NCBI RefSeq assembly: GCF_036321535.1
Contig: NC_087447.1
Span: 48,548,001-48,612,000, forward strand
Origin: Camelus dromedarius
Lineage: Eukaryota
Reading direction: 5' to 3'
DNA: 64,000 bases
Part shown: piece after piece, positions 63,167 to 64,000 of the stretch
Position numbering within the stretch: the stretch's first letter is position 1
Layout of the letters: every line of letters begins with the position of its first letter
Program-made: the position numbers and the translations under genes
Notes under the pieces: model-generated
Database searches by the model: none
Told to the model about the DNA's origin: nothing
The model's input: the letters and a program-made list of their open reading frames with translations, nothing else

Positions 63167-64000
63167 CTAAAACACACCACAGATTGGAGCATCAGTGATT
63201 TGATTCCAGAAACAACTAAACATCTGTGACTGACTGAATGAATGCCAACTGCAGAAGGAAGGGAGTGGGGGAGAGAGGACAGGAGGACAGACATGAATAC
63301 CTAATACCTGCTCACTCTCATGTTAAGTTAGCCCAGTCCACTTGGTGCTCTGTCTCAACATTCACAAGTTCATTCATTCAACAAACATTCTCTGAGGACT
63401 ACTGAACTCCAGACCCTGTGCTAGGTGCTGTGAAGAATGAAGGGTCACATCACCAGGCACTGGGAAACAAAGAGAAGTAAGACAAAAAAAATCTGTCTTT
63501 AAAAACGCTGTTTTAGAGACATCTCAACAGAGGAAGCTGGGTGCAACTGGAAAAGATTCAGAGTAGTAAGACCAGTCCCGGATCCTCTAGGGGACCCTAT
63601 ATCAGGCACTTAACCTTTAGCATCTCTAAGGTTCAGTGTATTCATCTATAAAATGGGGGTGATAATAATATCTACTACACAGATTTATGAAGATCATGAC
63701 AGTCAATGCTTACAAAGATGCTTTGGAAGCTGTATGTTAGTGATTGCTGTAAAAGACAGAAAAATCTCTGCTCTTCTGCTCTACTCCAAGACAAACCAGG
63801 ATAGGTCAAAGGCCAAGAAGCAAAGTTCAGTCTCCTTTCCTGAACGTCTTGTTGAGGTTCTGACAAAGTGGAGGATTTGGGATCAGAATGTAGGTCCTTG
63901 GGAAGTGAGGAAGTGCTCCCCAACCGCAGCCAATGAGCCTCTGGGGGAGATGATGAGGGCTCTGAGGGGAAGTGCTTTGGCATGTCTGGGAAGACCACTT

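Noticed and set aside
1..64000. CRISPR array, operon, prophage or other prokaryotic system; processed pseudogene; snoRNA or miRNA
   Set aside because: The sequence is intron-rich mammalian DNA. I saw no regularly spaced repeats, no intronless gene copy and no recognisable small-RNA gene. An Rfam/Infernal scan would be needed to exclude ncRNAs.

Overview
Mammalian genomic DNA, probably a camelid judging by two tRNA-derived SINE copies resembling vic-1. It holds two convergent (tail-to-tail) genes. On the + strand are coding exons 2-14 of PPME1 (PP2A methylesterase-1), 6408-38605, with a 3'UTR to ~39800; exon 1 lies upstream of the window. The exons join in frame (1060 nt including the stop) and keep the GHSMGG nucleophile motif and the catalytic His. 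On the - strand are the last five coding exons of P4HA3 (collagen prolyl 4-hydroxylase alpha-3), 63166-54339. The rest is intron and intergenic sequence rich in L1, L2, MIR, LTR and hAT MER elements, many with readable target-site duplications (TSDs). Most ORFs in the supplied track are spurious. Main observations: a U12-type AT-AC minor intron in PPME1 with a SINE beside its branch point; a ~32-bp long-range inverted repeat plus hairpin in the last PPME1 intron, outside any repeat I recognise, that loops out a candidate intronic poly(A) signal; an in-frame 42-nt alternative acceptor at exon 10; and several local templated-copy or template-switch scars. Exon numbers and repeat family names come from recalled orthologues and consensus sequences, not from a search.
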